Source of the DNA: Burkholderiales bacterium
GTDB lineage: Bacteria; Pseudomonadota; Gammaproteobacteria; Burkholderiales; JBBRTU01
DNA: 64,000 nucleotides
Direction: 5' to 3'
Assembly: GCA_038244115.1 (NCBI GenBank)
Contig: JBBRTU010000002.1
Location: forward strand, 131,238-195,237
The notes beneath the pieces are model-generated. The model was not told the DNA's origin and ran no database searches. It was given only the letters and a program-made list of their open reading frames with translations. Every line of letters begins with the position of its first letter. The first letter of the stretch is position 1. A program made the translations under genes and the position numbers. Positions 9,698-20,803 of the stretch are shown here, in pieces.

Positions 9698-10735
9698 CTA
9701 TGGGTTTTGAACGACGTCTAGGGCATTGACCGGACGACTGCTCTGCATGACCAAAGCGTAAGATACGCGTTCAAAAGTACGGAACACGAATACCAACCCA
9801 TAACGCTCATCCGGAAGCTGAATGTCCGTTTCCTCGCCATGGCGTGACCGCAGTTTTTCACCATGGCGGTACAGGGCGAGAACATGACCGTTCTCGACGC
9901 CGTCCCTGGTACCGCGGCTAATTGCGACAATAGCGCTCTGCCCAGCTTCCGCAACACCGCCATAGACGGAAATGATCCGACCGCTAATTGGGGTAACAGG
10001 CGCATGCGGCACATAGGATGTGAAAGTCTCCTTGGGTGGCACCAGCAGGCGGTCGCCAGTCAGGATTTCCTGGTTGGATTTGACAATATCCACCGTGGAA
10101 ACGTCACCGAATTTCGCCACACGCGCATCGCCTAAATAGACGGCTTCATAACCCAGTATTTCATTGTTATCCGGGTCTACCAGGGCATTACCGGAACGGT
10201 AGATATACCAGAATGTGCCACCATCTTCCTTGAGGTTATGCACGTAGGCACGGTTGCCCGCCCCCAGCACGACCCGGTTTTCTTCTGGGGCAACGATGCG
10301 CGGGGCAGAGTCCAGCGCACCTTTTTCGGTAACCAGCGGCTTGCTCAGGAACGGTTCGATGGCGGATGGCGCAATGCTCGGAATGGCGGTGGAATGCATG
10401 CTCTCCACGCGGGCCTGGGGAGATAATTTCGCCACGTTGGCTCCCACTTTTTCCTGCTTGACCAGCCTTAGCCTAGGTGAAGCACCGGATTTATCCAGCA
10501 CCACCACGTCGCCAGGATAAATCCAGTGCGGATCCTTGATCTCATCTTTGTTCATGCGCCAGATTTCGGGCCATTGCCACGGATTCTTCAGGAAGCGCCC
10601 GGATATCGCCCACAACGTATCGCCTTTGACAACGACATAACGCTCGGGCGGATTATCCTGCATCTTAAGTTCCTCGGCGCCGGCTGAGAATGAAATAAAA
10701 ACAGAGAGAAGAAGCGGGACTAGAGCTTTACGCAT
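9698..10735 (-). CDS. Secreted LysM peptidoglycan-binding domain protein
   Basis: 345-aa ORF with a signal peptide (LLLSVFISFSAGA). The LysM motif YVVVKGDTLWAISGRF is followed by PWQWPEIW. Confidence 0.8.
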   Translation of the reverse strand: MRKALVPLLLSVFISFSAGAEELKMQDNPPERYVVVKGDTLWAISGRFLKNPWQWPEIWRMNKDEIKDPHWIYPGDVVVLDKSGASPRLRLVKQEKVGANVAKLSPQARVESMHSTAIPSIAPSAIEPFLSKPLVTEKGALDSAPRIVAPEENRVVLGAGNRAYVHNLKEDGGTFWYIYRSGNALVDPDNNEILGYEAVYLGDARVAKFGDVSTVDIVKSNQEILTGDRLLVPPKETFTSYVPHAPVTPISGRIISVYGGVAEAGQSAIVAISRGTRDGVENGHVLALYRHGEKLRSRHGEETDIQLPDERYGLVFVFRTFERVSYALVMQSSRPVNALDVVQNP

Positions 10736-10866
10736 GAGAGACCTCGGTTAAGCAAATTTTTTACCTGCACACGGTCAAATTGCTATGATAACGCTCCGTT
10801 GGAGAGCAGCTTAAATTTATATTAAGCTAGATTCTGAAGCTAGTAGATAAAATTCGCAACATTTTC

Positions 10867-11370
10867 ATGGCTATATTAACCATTCTTCATTATCCAGACG
10901 AACGTCTGCACAAGATAGCGGCCCCGGTAGCCGAGGTCAACGACGAAATCCGCAAGTTAATCTCGGATATGGCCGAAACTATGTATGCCGCACCAGGCAT
11001 AGGTCTTGCGGCGACCCAGGTCGATGTTCACCTGCGGGTGATCGTGATCGATATTACGGAACGGCACAATGGACTGACGGTTTTAATCAACCCGCAGATT
11101 CTCGCAGAGGAAGGACGCGAGGAGCGAGAAGAAGGCTGTTTGTCGGTGCCGGGAATTTATGAAAAAGTAACGCGCGCGGAAAAAATAACCGTGCGCGCAC
11201 TGGACCAGGAAGGCAAGCCTTTTACCATGGAGGTCAGCGGTTTGCTGGCTGTATGCATACAGCATGAAATAGACCATCTAAGCGGCAAAGTGTTCGTTGA
11301 ATATTTATCCCGCCTGAAGCAAACGCGCATTAAAAACAAATTGAAAAAACATCTGCGCGAGACTATGTAA
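10867..11370 (+). CDS. def: Peptide deformylase
   Basis: 167-aa ORF with [17 protein letters not shown] and HEIDHL motifs. Confidence 0.95.
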   Translation: MAILTILHYPDERLHKIAAPVAEVNDEIRKLISDMAETMYAAPGIGLAATQVDVHLRVIVIDITERHNGLTVLINPQILAEEGREEREEGCLSVPGIYEKVTRAEKITVRALDQEGKPFTMEVSGLLAVCIQHEIDHLSGKVFVEYLSRLKQTRIKNKLKKHLRETM

Positions 11371-12299
11371 TGCGCCTGATTTTTGCCGGCACGCCGGAAT
11401 TTGCCGCCCGTGCGCTGGCTGCATTGATCCGGGCCGGCCACGACATCCCCTTGGTTTTGACGCAACCCGATCGTCCTGCCGGGCGCGGCATGAAGCTGAC
11501 TCCTAGCCCGGTGAAACGCTTGGTGCTTGAGCGCGGCTTGCAGGTACTTCAGCCGGAAAATCTCAAGGGCGCCGATACCCAGGCGCTGCTAGCCGGTTTT
11601 TCAGCGGACGTAATGGTGGTAGCGGCTTACGGCTTGTTATTACCCAAAGCGGTGCTGGAGATTCCAAAATTTGGCTGCCTCAATATTCACGCCTCCCTTT
11701 TGCCACGTTGGCGTGGTGCTGCGCCGATCCAACGGTCAATTCTTGCGGGAGATGCAGCGACTGGGATTACCATCATGCAAATGGACGCAGGCCTGGATAC
11801 GGGGGCCATGTTGTTGAAAAAGACGCTGCCCATCACGCTTGACGATACGGCAGGCACGCTGCACGACAGGCTGGCAGCGCTAGGTGCCAGCGCCATCGTC
11901 GAAGCCCTTGAGCTGATGGGGCTAGCGCAACTCAAGCCAGAACCACAAGACGAGGCAGTTGCTTGTTACGCAGCCAAAATCACTAAGGCCGAGGCGAAAC
12001 TCGACTGGACGGATAGCGCAGGAAATGTGGCGCGTGCGGTGCGTGCCTTCAATCCGGCACCCGGCGCCTTTAGCTTGCTGCATGGTGACACGATAAAAAT
12101 TTGGCGCGCGCAAGCGGAGCCTGCCGACGCCGGCGAGTCCGGCGAGATCATCGCAACAGGCACAGACAGTATAGTGGTGCGCTGTGGCGAAGGCGCATTG
12201 CGTATACACGAATTGCAGAAAGCGGGCGGGAAACGCTTAAGCGCTGCGCAGTTCCTTGCAGGCAATGCGCTGACCGTGGGGCAAAAGATAGGTCATTGA
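11370..12299 (+). CDS. fmt: Methionyl-tRNA formyltransferase
   Basis: 309-aa ORF with IFAGTPEFA, NIHASLLPRWRGAAPIQ. ATG overlaps the def stop. Confidence 0.95.
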   Translation: MRLIFAGTPEFAARALAALIRAGHDIPLVLTQPDRPAGRGMKLTPSPVKRLVLERGLQVLQPENLKGADTQALLAGFSADVMVVAAYGLLLPKAVLEIPKFGCLNIHASLLPRWRGAAPIQRSILAGDAATGITIMQMDAGLDTGAMLLKKTLPITLDDTAGTLHDRLAALGASAIVEALELMGLAQLKPEPQDEAVACYAAKITKAEAKLDWTDSAGNVARAVRAFNPAPGAFSLLHGDTIKIWRAQAEPADAGESGEIIATGTDSIVVRCGEGALRIHELQKAGGKRLSAAQFLAGNALTVGQKIGH

Positions 12300-12358
12300 A
12301 TTTTTCTGCAACTACCTTATCTAATCAGTGTACTTAGGCACCACCCAAAGGAAAAATT

Positions 12359-13207
12359 GTGGCTGAAAACTGGTTTAAAACAACGCTTCTAATGGCGGCC
12401 ATCGTGGCCTTGTTCGGCGTGGTGGGCTTGGCAATCGGCGGTGCCAAGGGGATGGTGATGGCGCTGCTGTTCGGTGGCGGCATGAACGTCTGGGCCTACT
12501 GGAATTCGGACAAAATGGTGCTGCGCATGTACAGCGCACGCGAGGTGGATGAAACTACCGCGCCGCAGTTTTACCGCTTGGTGGCCGAACTGGCACAGCG
12601 CGCGCAGTTGCCCATGCCGCGCGTGTACGTGATCGACGAAGCGCAACCCAATGCTTTCGCCACCGGACGCGACCCGGAACATGCCGCAGTGGCAGCGACC
12701 ACCGGCATTTTGCAGATGTTATCCGAAAGCGAGTTGCGCGGCGTGATGGCACACGAGCTGACGCATGTGCGGCATCGCGACATCCTGATTTCGACCATCG
12801 CCGCGACCATGGCAGGTGCGATTTCCGCGTTGGCCAATTTCGCCATGTTTTTTGGTGGGCGCGACGAAAATGGTCGCCGTGCTAATCCTATAGCCAGTAT
12901 TGCCGTGGCCCTACTGGCGCCGCTTGCCGCAGGCTTGGTGCAGATGGCCATCTCGCGCGCGCGCGAATTCGAAGCCGACCGCGGCGGTGCGGAAATCAGC
13001 GGCGACCCTAAAGCGCTGGCGTCGGCGTTGCGCAAAATTGAAGCCCATGCGCGTGGCATCCCAATGAATGCTGCGGAGCTGCATCCTGAAACCGCACAAA
13101 TGATGATCATCAACCCGTTGTCCGGCGGCGGTCTTGCCGGACTGTTCAGCACTCACCCCTCCACCGATGAGCGGGTCTCCCGCCTGCTGGCAATGGCCGG
13201 ACTGTGA
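12359..13207 (+). CDS. htpX: Membrane zinc metalloprotease HtpX
   Basis: 282-aa ORF (GTG start) with the HELTH zinc motif, TM segments, and a C-terminal [10 protein letters not shown]. Confidence 0.9.
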   Translation: MAENWFKTTLLMAAIVALFGVVGLAIGGAKGMVMALLFGGGMNVWAYWNSDKMVLRMYSAREVDETTAPQFYRLVAELAQRAQLPMPRVYVIDEAQPNAFATGRDPEHAAVAATTGILQMLSESELRGVMAHELTHVRHRDILISTIAATMAGAISALANFAMFFGGRDENGRRANPIASIAVALLAPLAAGLVQMAISRAREFEADRGGAEISGDPKALASALRKIEAHARGIPMNAAELHPETAQMMIINPLSGGGLAGLFSTHPSTDERVSRLLAMAGL

Positions 13208-14475
13208 TCGAAACTCAGCGCCTCGCCAGCGAGGCTGTCTGCAATGCGCTGGCAGGGCGCAATCTGACCCGCGTGCTGCAGGACATCTGGGCAAGGCATG
13301 CAAAGTTAACGGCACAGCAACGCGGCGCAATACAGGATCTAAGCTACGGCACCTTGCGCTTTTACGGCCTGCAAGATGCGCTGCTGAAAAAACTCCTCAC
13401 CAAACCACTTAAGGACGACAAGCTGCGCTGCTTGTTGCTGGTGACGCTGTATCAATTACAGCACAGCTCCGCAGCGCCTTACGCCATAGTCGATAATGCA
13501 GTCAATACGGCCATTGCCTTGAAGCAGCCGCAGGCAAAAGGTCTAGTGAATGCGGTACTGCGAAATTTCCTGCGCCAGCGCGATACGCTGTTGCAAGAAG
13601 TTGCACTAAAGGAAACCGCGCGTTATTCCCATCCCAAATGGTGGATCGAAAAACTGAAGCAGCAATATCCGGCTGACTGGCAGGCCGTTCTGGAAGCCAA
13701 TAACAGCCATCCACCCATGACACTGCGGGTTAATCGGCGCTGGGGTAATTCGGATGATTATCTTAAGTTGCTAAAAGACGCCGGCATCGAGGCGGAATGC
13801 GCCGGGGCACAGGGCATACGGCTCGCCAAGCCGCAAGCGATAGATAAACTGCCGCATTTTTCGGCAGGCGCGGTGTCGGTACAAGATCTGGGCGCCCAGT
13901 TTGCCGCGCCATTGCTCGATGTGGCTGACGGCATGCGCGTGCTGGACGCCTGCGCCGCGCCCGGCGGCAAGACTTCCCATCTACTAGAGATGGCAAATCT
14001 TGACCTGACAGCCCTTGATAACGACGCTGGACGGTTAGCCAAAGTGGGAGAAAATCTGGCCCGTCTCGGGCTGAACGCCAAATTGAAAACGGGTGATGCG
14101 GCCAAGCCGGACGCATGGTGGGAGGGCAAGCCCTTCGACCGCATCCTGGCTGACGTCCCTTGCAGCGCCTCGGGTGTAGTCCGGCGCCATCCGGACATTA
14201 AGTGGCTGCGGCGTGCATCCGACATTGCACAGTTTGCTGTGCAACAAGCGGAAATTCTAGCGGCTTTATGGCGCTGCCTAGCGAGAGGTGGTAAATTGTT
14301 GTATGTCACCTGCTCGGTATTCGCCGAGGAAAACGAACAACAAATCACAGCTTTTTTAAGCCAGCATGAAGACGCCAAACGCTTGCCTCTGCCCGGATTT
14401 CCAGCGCCGGACGGACAACTTCTGCCCAGTGCGCAGCACGACGGGTTTTACTACGCCCTGCTGTCGAAGCACTAA
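13204..14475 (+). CDS. rsmB: 16S rRNA (cytosine967-C5)-methyltransferase RsmB
   Basis: 423-aa ORF with a NusB-like N-terminus, the SAM site [10 protein letters not shown], and catalytic DVPCSASGV and TCS motifs. The start (GTG overlapping the htpX stop) is less certain. Confidence 0.85.
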   Translation: MIETQRLASEAVCNALAGRNLTRVLQDIWARHAKLTAQQRGAIQDLSYGTLRFYGLQDALLKKLLTKPLKDDKLRCLLLVTLYQLQHSSAAPYAIVDNAVNTAIALKQPQAKGLVNAVLRNFLRQRDTLLQEVALKETARYSHPKWWIEKLKQQYPADWQAVLEANNSHPPMTLRVNRRWGNSDDYLKLLKDAGIEAECAGAQGIRLAKPQAIDKLPHFSAGAVSVQDLGAQFAAPLLDVADGMRVLDACAAPGGKTSHLLEMANLDLTALDNDAGRLAKVGENLARLGLNAKLKTGDAAKPDAWWEGKPFDRILADVPCSASGVVRRHPDIKWLRRASDIAQFAVQQAEILAALWRCLARGGKLLYVTCSVFAEENEQQITAFLSQHEDAKRLPLPGFPAPDGQLLPSAQHDGFYYALLSKH

Positions 14476-15099
14476 GTGGTCACGAGGTCGTGCGTGCTAG
14501 CAGCGTGTCAATTCTGGCGCTTGCTCATTCTATGCGTGCTGCTGACGCTAACATTAGGTGCGCGCGCAGAGGGCATCGTGGTCAAATCGGCCGAGCTGGT
14601 TCCGGTCGATGAAACCTATTTCCTCAATGCAGGATTCGAACTGAATCTGGGACAGACGGTGGAAGATGCCTTGAAAAAAGGTATTCCGCTGAATTTTCTG
14701 GTTGAGTTTGAACTCACGCGCCCCCGTTACTCCTGGTTTACCTACTGGTTTTCCGAGACCGTCGTAAGCGCGCAGCGCGAATACAAGCTGAGCTACAACG
14801 CATTGCTGCGGCAGTACCAGATCAGCATTGATACTCCCACCACCCCAGCTCAGGACGGGGTGATGCGTGGCATTGGCCAAAATTTCTATAGCCTGAGCGA
14901 GGCGCTCGCCACATTAAGCCGTATCCGCAACTGGCAAATAGTGGAACGCGGCCAACTCAAGAAGCGCGTCGCGCACGAAGCCAGTCTCAGCATGAAGCTG
15001 GACGTTTCCCTCCTGCCTAAACCGTTGCAGGTGAATGCCATCGCTTCGAGAAGTTGGAATCTCGAGTCAGAGCGATTCCACTGGACGATAACGCCTTAG
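14476..15099 (+). CDS. DUF4390-like secreted protein
   Basis: 207-aa ORF with a signal peptide. Its conserved position is between rsmB and ntrY, and its sequence features (YFLNAGFELNL...) resemble DUF4390 as I recall it. Confidence 0.6.
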   Translation: MVTRSCVLAACQFWRLLILCVLLTLTLGARAEGIVVKSAELVPVDETYFLNAGFELNLGQTVEDALKKGIPLNFLVEFELTRPRYSWFTYWFSETVVSAQREYKLSYNALLRQYQISIDTPTTPAQDGVMRGIGQNFYSLSEALATLSRIRNWQIVERGQLKKRVAHEASLSMKLDVSLLPKPLQVNAIASRSWNLESERFHWTITP

Positions 15100-15102
15100 C
15101 CG

Positions 15103-17226
15103 ATGCGATACGTCCTGATCCTCTGCACGGTACTAAGTGCGATCCTGCTTTACCTGCTGTCTACGGCAAGTGCAAATACCGAGCTTTTCGCCAAAAACTA
15201 TCCGCTGCTACTCGGGCTCAACAGCGCACTGGCCTTGTCGCTGATGGGGCTGATCGGCTATCAGTTATGGGTGTTGCGGCGCAAGATTAAAGCCGGTGTT
15301 TTTGGCACCAAGCTGACGTTGCGGCTGCTGCTTATGTTCGGGCTGATGGCACTCATCCCCGGTTCGGTGATCTACGGCGTGTCAGTGCAATTTCTTGGCA
15401 AAAGCATTGAATCCTGGTTCGACGTACGCGTGGATAACGCCATGGAGAGCGGATTATCGCTAGGTCAGACGGCGTTGGACAACTTGTTGCACGACCTCAC
15501 CAAGAAAGCTAACACAATGGCTGTAGCGCTGGCCGAACAACCGGTCAACTCGCACCAGAGCCTGTTGAATACGCTGCGCGAACAAACCGGCGTGCAGGAA
15601 GCCACCTTGTTTAGCCAGCACGGTAGCATTATTGCTGTTTCCGGCAACGAGCATGCCGGGCTGATGCCGGACTTTCCGCGCACCGCCGTGTTGCGCCAGG
15701 TACGCCAGCAGCAGCCGTTCAGCCGGATCGAGCCGATTCCCGGGAAAGGCTTGTACATGCGGGTAGCCGTGCCGGTTAACGTCCTGTCGCTGCAAGAAGA
15801 CATCCGCATCTTGCAGTTGCTGGAGCCGGTTCCCAAGGATCTGGCAACTGCGGCCGAGACAGTGCAAAACGTTTACCGGGACTACCAGCAGTTGTCACTC
15901 TCGCGCCTGGGCTTGAAGCGCTTATACGGCCTCACCTTGACCCTTACCATGCTGCTGGCGCTGCTGACCGCGATTTCTCTGGCATTCGTGTTAAGCGAAA
16001 AACTCAGCGCGCCACTCAATATTCTGGCGGAAGGAACGCGCGCGGTGGCCAAGGGTGATTTCAGCCGCATGCATCCTGCACATGGTCGCGACGAATTGGG
16101 CGTGCTGATGCAGTCATTCAACAGCATGACGCGCCAGCTATCCGATGCGCGCGCGGCAGCCGAACTCAATCAACAGCAGGTGGAAACCGCCAAAGCCTAT
16201 CTGGAAAGCGTGCTGGCAAATTTGACCTCCGGCGTGTTGACCTTTGACGAGCGTTTTTATTTGCGCGCCGGAAATCCTGCGGCCAGCCAAATCCTGGGGA
16301 TTGATCTGTCCAAGCTGAGAGGACTTAAGCTGTTCGAATGGGGACGCGTGGGCGAAGCGGTGGACGCGTTTGCACAGGTTGTAGCGGCTGAGTTTCAGAA
16401 AAGTGCCAGCAAGGATTGGCAGATGCAGGTGGAATACAACGGCGGCATTGCCAACCAGATCCTGCTGGTGCGCGGTTCGCATATGCCAGCCGAAGTGGAC
16501 AATGGTTATGTGTTGGTGTTTGACGACATTACCCACCTAATCCGAGCCCAGCGTGACGCGGCCTGGGGCGAAGTAGCGCGGCGTCTGGCGCACGAAATAA
16601 AAAATCCGTTGACGCCCATCCAGCTGTCTGCGGAACGCCTCGAGCACAAACTGGCGGACAAGCTGGAAGCGGCGGACGCCGACATGTTGCGGCGCTCTAC
16701 CCAGACCATCGTCAACCAGGTGAGCGCACTGAAAAGCATGGTCAATGCTTTCGGTGAATATGCCCGCGCCCCTTCTGTCAATCTGCAGCAGCTGGATTTG
16801 AACCGGCTGGTGAGAGAAGTGTTGACCTTGTATGAACCGCTGGGCTCGAGCATGCACATTGAGCTGGCGCCGGATCTGCCGGAAATACAGGGCGACCCAA
16901 CCCTGTTGCGGCAGGTCATTCACAACTTGCTGCAGAATGCGCAAGATGCCCTGGCCGAAGAAGCATCGCCGCAAATTCAGATTGAAACCCTGGTTGTACC
17001 AGAAGGTGTGCGGTTTGCTGTGCGCGACAATGGCCCTGGTTTCCCGGAGCGCCTGATGGCGCGTCTTTTCGAGCCATACGCCACAACCAAGCAGAAAGGC
17101 ACCGGCCTGGGATTAGCCATTGTGAAAAAAATTATCGAGGAGCATCAGGGCAAGATTCAAGTCGAAAATCTTCAGCCGCATGGTGCCTGCATAGCCATAA
17201 CCCTGCCTATAGGAGAACTTGCCTGA
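15103..17226 (+). CDS. ntrY: NtrY-like sensor histidine kinase (TM-HAMP-PAS-HisKA-HATPase)
   Basis: 707-aa ORF with N-terminal TM helices. H-box LAHEIKNPLTPIQLSAE, N-box HNLLQNAQDA, and G-boxes RDNGPGF / GTGLGLAIV. Confidence 0.85.
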   Translation: MRYVLILCTVLSAILLYLLSTASANTELFAKNYPLLLGLNSALALSLMGLIGYQLWVLRRKIKAGVFGTKLTLRLLLMFGLMALIPGSVIYGVSVQFLGKSIESWFDVRVDNAMESGLSLGQTALDNLLHDLTKKANTMAVALAEQPVNSHQSLLNTLREQTGVQEATLFSQHGSIIAVSGNEHAGLMPDFPRTAVLRQVRQQQPFSRIEPIPGKGLYMRVAVPVNVLSLQEDIRILQLLEPVPKDLATAAETVQNVYRDYQQLSLSRLGLKRLYGLTLTLTMLLALLTAISLAFVLSEKLSAPLNILAEGTRAVAKGDFSRMHPAHGRDELGVLMQSFNSMTRQLSDARAAAELNQQQVETAKAYLESVLANLTSGVLTFDERFYLRAGNPAASQILGIDLSKLRGLKLFEWGRVGEAVDAFAQVVAAEFQKSASKDWQMQVEYNGGIANQILLVRGSHMPAEVDNGYVLVFDDITHLIRAQRDAAWGEVARRLAHEIKNPLTPIQLSAERLEHKLADKLEAADADMLRRSTQTIVNQVSALKSMVNAFGEYARAPSVNLQQLDLNRLVREVLTLYEPLGSSMHIELAPDLPEIQGDPTLLRQVIHNLLQNAQDALAEEASPQIQIETLVVPEGVRFAVRDNGPGFPERLMARLFEPYATTKQKGTGLGLAIVKKIIEEHQGKIQVENLQPHGACIAITLPIGELA

Positions 17227-18488
17227 TGGGCCCTAACAAAATTCTGGTGGTTGACGACGAAACCGGTATCCGTGAGTTACTGTCTGAGATTTTGTACGAT
17301 GAAGGCTACCAGGTCGTGCTGGCCGAAAATGCGGAACAAGCTCGCGCTGAGCGACAGCGCGGACGGCCTGATCTGGTGCTGCTGGATATCTGGATGCCGG
17401 ATACCGATGGCATCAGCCTGCTAAAAGAGTGGGCTGGCGCGGGTCTCCTCACCATGCCGGTGGTGATGATGTCAGGCCATGGCACCATCGATACGGCGGT
17501 AGAAGCAACCCGGATAGGCGCGACGGATTTTTTGGAAAAGCCCATCACCCTGCAGAAATTGCTGACTACGGTAAGCCGGGCGCTAAAAAGAGGCGAGGCC
17601 ATGGCACAACCCGCCATCATCCTGGCCGGTCTGGGCAAGAGTCCCCTCGCTGCCGAACTAAAGAGACGGCTCGCTCAGTTAGCCAACCTGAAGACCCCCT
17701 TGTTATTGCTTGGCGAAAAAGGTGCCGGTGCCGAGTTGTGCGCACGTTTCCTGCATCAGTCACATACCCCCTGGGTAAGTTTGGAGAACATGACGGTTCT
17801 GGGCGAAAGCCCCTTCGAACTGCTTGAACAGGCGCGCGACGGCATTCTTTATCTGGATGAGGTTGGCGAGCTGGGCAAGTTGGAACAGAAAGGCTTGCTG
17901 CTGCTCCTCGCCAAACTGGAAAAATTCAACGTACGGCTGATCTGTGCCAGCTCGCAGCCTTTGTCGAAACTGACCCAGGACGGCGCCTTCAACACCGAGC
18001 TGTATCAGGCTTTAAGTACCGTGGCGCTGTCAGTGCCCAGCCTGCGAGAACATAGGGAGGATATTCCCGAGATTGCAGCGGCAATCCTGGCACAAATGCT
18101 GGAAGAAAAAGAAACGCCCACACGGCAGTTAACCACGGCGGCGCTCAATGTCTTGCGCAATTACAACTGGCCAGGCAATCTGCCGCAGTTGCACAATGTG
18201 GTGCATACGCTGGCGCTGACTTCACTGGATGAGCAAATTAGTGCGGATGATGCCAAACGCGTATTGGCACAACACGACCAGACGTCTGCCGGCAACAGTC
18301 CTCTGCCGCTGGATTTGCCGCTGCGCGACGCGCGCGACGAATTTGAGCGCGTCTATTTCGAACACCATATCCGTTTGGAAGGCGGCAATATGAGCCGGGT
18401 GGCAGAAAAGGTCGGCCTGGAGCGCACCCACTTGTATCGCAAACTAAAGCAGCTTGGCATACGATTTGCGCGAAAGACCGATAGCTAA
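17226..18488 (+). CDS. ntrX: NtrX-like response regulator (REC + degenerate AAA+ + Fis-type HTH)
   Basis: 420-aa ORF with REC motifs (VVDDE, LLDIWMPD, EKP). The AAA+-like core has GEKGAGAE in place of Walker A and no GAFTGA. C-terminal HTH MSRVAEKVGLERTHLYRKLKQLGI. Confidence 0.8.
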   Translation: MGPNKILVVDDETGIRELLSEILYDEGYQVVLAENAEQARAERQRGRPDLVLLDIWMPDTDGISLLKEWAGAGLLTMPVVMMSGHGTIDTAVEATRIGATDFLEKPITLQKLLTTVSRALKRGEAMAQPAIILAGLGKSPLAAELKRRLAQLANLKTPLLLLGEKGAGAELCARFLHQSHTPWVSLENMTVLGESPFELLEQARDGILYLDEVGELGKLEQKGLLLLLAKLEKFNVRLICASSQPLSKLTQDGAFNTELYQALSTVALSVPSLREHREDIPEIAAAILAQMLEEKETPTRQLTTAALNVLRNYNWPGNLPQLHNVVHTLALTSLDEQISADDAKRVLAQHDQTSAGNSPLPLDLPLRDARDEFERVYFEHHIRLEGGNMSRVAEKVGLERTHLYRKLKQLGIRFARKTDS

Positions 18489-18532
18489 GTTAGAATCGCA
18501 TGTTTTATAGAGGGCGCTCTTGAAGCGAAGCC

Positions 18533-18874
18533 ATGACTTCCCCCCTTATTACCAGCTTTGAAAAAATGCTCGCCGGCGGCAAGGATAATGCCTTGCTGCG
18601 CTTTGGTTTGGGCAACGAGTACCTGAAAGCTGGCGATTATGCTGCTGCGGCAGAACATCTGGAGCACGCGGTCAAGTTTGATCCTAACTATTCTGCGGCA
18701 TGGAAACTGCTGGGCAAGGCGTTGACCGATGCCGGGAGATTGGCGGAAGCATTGAACGCCTACAAGCAAGGCTCCGAGGTTGCAGAAAAACGCGGCGACA
18801 AACAGGCTGCGAAGGAAATGTCGGTATTTGCCAAGCGTGTCGAAAAACTTCTACTAGAAGCCGATCCAGGCTAG
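18533..18874 (+). CDS. Small tetratricopeptide-repeat protein
   Basis: 113-aa ORF with TPR-like LGNEYLKAGDYAAAAEHLEHAVKFDPNYSAAW. Confidence 0.7.
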   Translation: MTSPLITSFEKMLAGGKDNALLRFGLGNEYLKAGDYAAAAEHLEHAVKFDPNYSAAWKLLGKALTDAGRLAEALNAYKQGSEVAEKRGDKQAAKEMSVFAKRVEKLLLEADPG

Positions 18875-18906
18875 ACAACGTTATAAACCATTCACATCCA
18901 GATCAA

Positions 18907-20802
18907 ATGAGCCAACAGGAAACGACAGCCGCGACTGGCCACAAGGAAGGCCAAGCGGGACTTGCCCTTGCCGCCATCGGCGTGGTGTTCGGCGATATCG
19001 GCACCAGCCCGTTATACACCATGAAAGAGGTTTTTCACGGCGCACATGGCATTGCGCCGCTGCATGACAATGTGCTCGGCGCACTGTCGCTGGTGCTTTG
19101 GGCGCTGTTGATTGTGGTGTCGCTCAAATACGTGGTGTTCATCATGCGTGCCGACAACCGTGGCGAAGGCGGCATTATGGCGTTGCTCGCGCTGACCTTG
19201 AAGAGTTCCCCCGGCGATACGCGAACGCGTTGGTTGCTCATGACCATGGGGCTGTTCGGCGCCGCTTTGTTCTACGGCGACGGCGTGATTACCCCGGCCA
19301 TCTCGGTATTGTCTGCAGCGGAAGGGCTACAGATTGCCACCCCTGCGCTCAAGCCTTTCGTCATTCCGCTCACATTAGTAGTACTGATCGCGTTGTTTCT
19401 GATCCAGCGCCGTGGCACTGCCAGTGTGGGTGCCTTGTTTGGCCCGGTGATGGTGATCTGGTTTATTACCCTGGCGACACTGGGTATCGTTAACATTTTG
19501 CATGAACCGGCGGTTTTGCAGGCGGTGAATCCGCTATACGGTGTGCATTTTTTCCAAGAACATCGGTGGCATGCATTCCTGGCTTTGGGCGCAGTGGTTT
19601 TGGCGGTGACGGGCGGCGAGGCGCTTTACGCCGACATGGGGCATTTCGGTCGCATGCCCATCCGCACTGCCTGGTTTTTTCTGGTTCTGCCTTCCCTCCT
19701 GCTCAATTATTTTGGGCAAGGCGCACTCATGATTCATCAGCCGTCCGCCGTGGAAAACCCGTTCTACCTGCTGGCCCCTTCCTGGGCGCTCTATCCGATG
19801 GTGGCTCTGTCCACCCTGGCAACGGTGATTGCTTCGCAGGCGGTCATTTCCGGCGCATTTTCGGTGACGCGACAAGCTATGCAATTGGGATACTGTCCAC
19901 GGCTGGAAACGCAACATACCTCGGAAAAGGAAATCGGCCAGATCTATATTCCCGCCATTAACGCGGCGCTGCTCGGTGCCATAATCGCGCTGGTGCTAGG
20001 CTTCGGTTCTTCCAGCAACCTTGCAGCAGCCTACGGTATTGCCGTGACCGGCACCATGGCGATCGATACTATTCTTGCCGTGGTGGTGGCGCACCACTTG
20101 TGGGGTTGGGGCTGGATACGCGGCGGTCTAGTCGCCGCCTTTTTTCTGACCATTGATCTCTCCTTCTTTAGCGCGAATGCCGTCAAGATCCCGCAAGGTG
20201 GCTGGTTTCCATTGGTGGTGGGTATCGTGGTGTTCACCCTGCTATCAACCTGGAAGCGCGGACGACAACTGCTGTTCGAACGGCTGAACGAGGGCGCGAT
20301 TGCGCTGGAGCCGTTTCTCAACGGCATCGCAGCGCATCCGCCCACGCGCGTACCGGGCACCGCCGTATTTCTCACGGCCAGCGCGGAAGGCGTGCCGCAT
20401 GCCATGTTGCACAATCTGCTGCACAACAAAGTTCTGCACGAACGGGTCGCGCTGCTCACCGTCATAACCGAAGACGTTCCCCATGTCCCTGACATTGATC
20501 ATGTTGAGGTGTACCCCTTGGGCAACAATTTTTTTCGCATCGTGATGCGCTTCGGGTTCAAGGATGAACCGGATATCCCGCAAACATTCACAGAGTGCAA
20601 AGACCAGGGCTTTGACTTCAACATGATGGAAACTTCTTTTTTCCTCAGCCGCGAAACCTTGATCCCGACCGTGGCACCGGGCATGGCCCTTTGGCGCGAG
20701 AAGCTGTTTGTCAGTATGAGCCGCAATGCAGGCAGCGCCACGGCCTACTTCAAAATTCCCACCAACCGCGTGGTGGAACTTGGCACCCAAGTAGAGCTAT
20801 AG
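18907..20802 (+). CDS. kup: KUP-family potassium uptake protein
   Basis: Internal ATG at 18907 gives MSQQETT...LALAAIGVVFGDIGTSPLYT, the canonical Kup N-terminus. The track ORF start at 18700 overlaps the TPR gene and was trimmed. Confidence 0.9.
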   Translation: MSQQETTAATGHKEGQAGLALAAIGVVFGDIGTSPLYTMKEVFHGAHGIAPLHDNVLGALSLVLWALLIVVSLKYVVFIMRADNRGEGGIMALLALTLKSSPGDTRTRWLLMTMGLFGAALFYGDGVITPAISVLSAAEGLQIATPALKPFVIPLTLVVLIALFLIQRRGTASVGALFGPVMVIWFITLATLGIVNILHEPAVLQAVNPLYGVHFFQEHRWHAFLALGAVVLAVTGGEALYADMGHFGRMPIRTAWFFLVLPSLLLNYFGQGALMIHQPSAVENPFYLLAPSWALYPMVALSTLATVIASQAVISGAFSVTRQAMQLGYCPRLETQHTSEKEIGQIYIPAINAALLGAIIALVLGFGSSSNLAAAYGIAVTGTMAIDTILAVVVAHHLWGWGWIRGGLVAAFFLTIDLSFFSANAVKIPQGGWFPLVVGIVVFTLLSTWKRGRQLLFERLNEGAIALEPFLNGIAAHPPTRVPGTAVFLTASAEGVPHAMLHNLLHNKVLHERVALLTVITEDVPHVPDIDHVEVYPLGNNFFRIVMRFGFKDEPDIPQTFTECKDQGFDFNMMETSFFLSRETLIPTVAPGMALWREKLFVSMSRNAGSATAYFKIPTNRVVELGTQVEL

Positions 20803-20803
20803 G

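Noticed and set aside
18700-18906. The 5' extension of the kup ORF overlapping the TPR gene. There are analogous extensions of ompR (22837-22932), prsT (26158-26259), ilvD (31168-31203), livG, livF, the cytochrome c gene (35100-35222), purH (59191-59355), the two secreted repeat proteins and the 671-aa cytochrome (50878-50919).
   Set aside because: Internal start codons give canonical N-termini or signal peptides, have RBSs, and remove overlaps with upstream genes.
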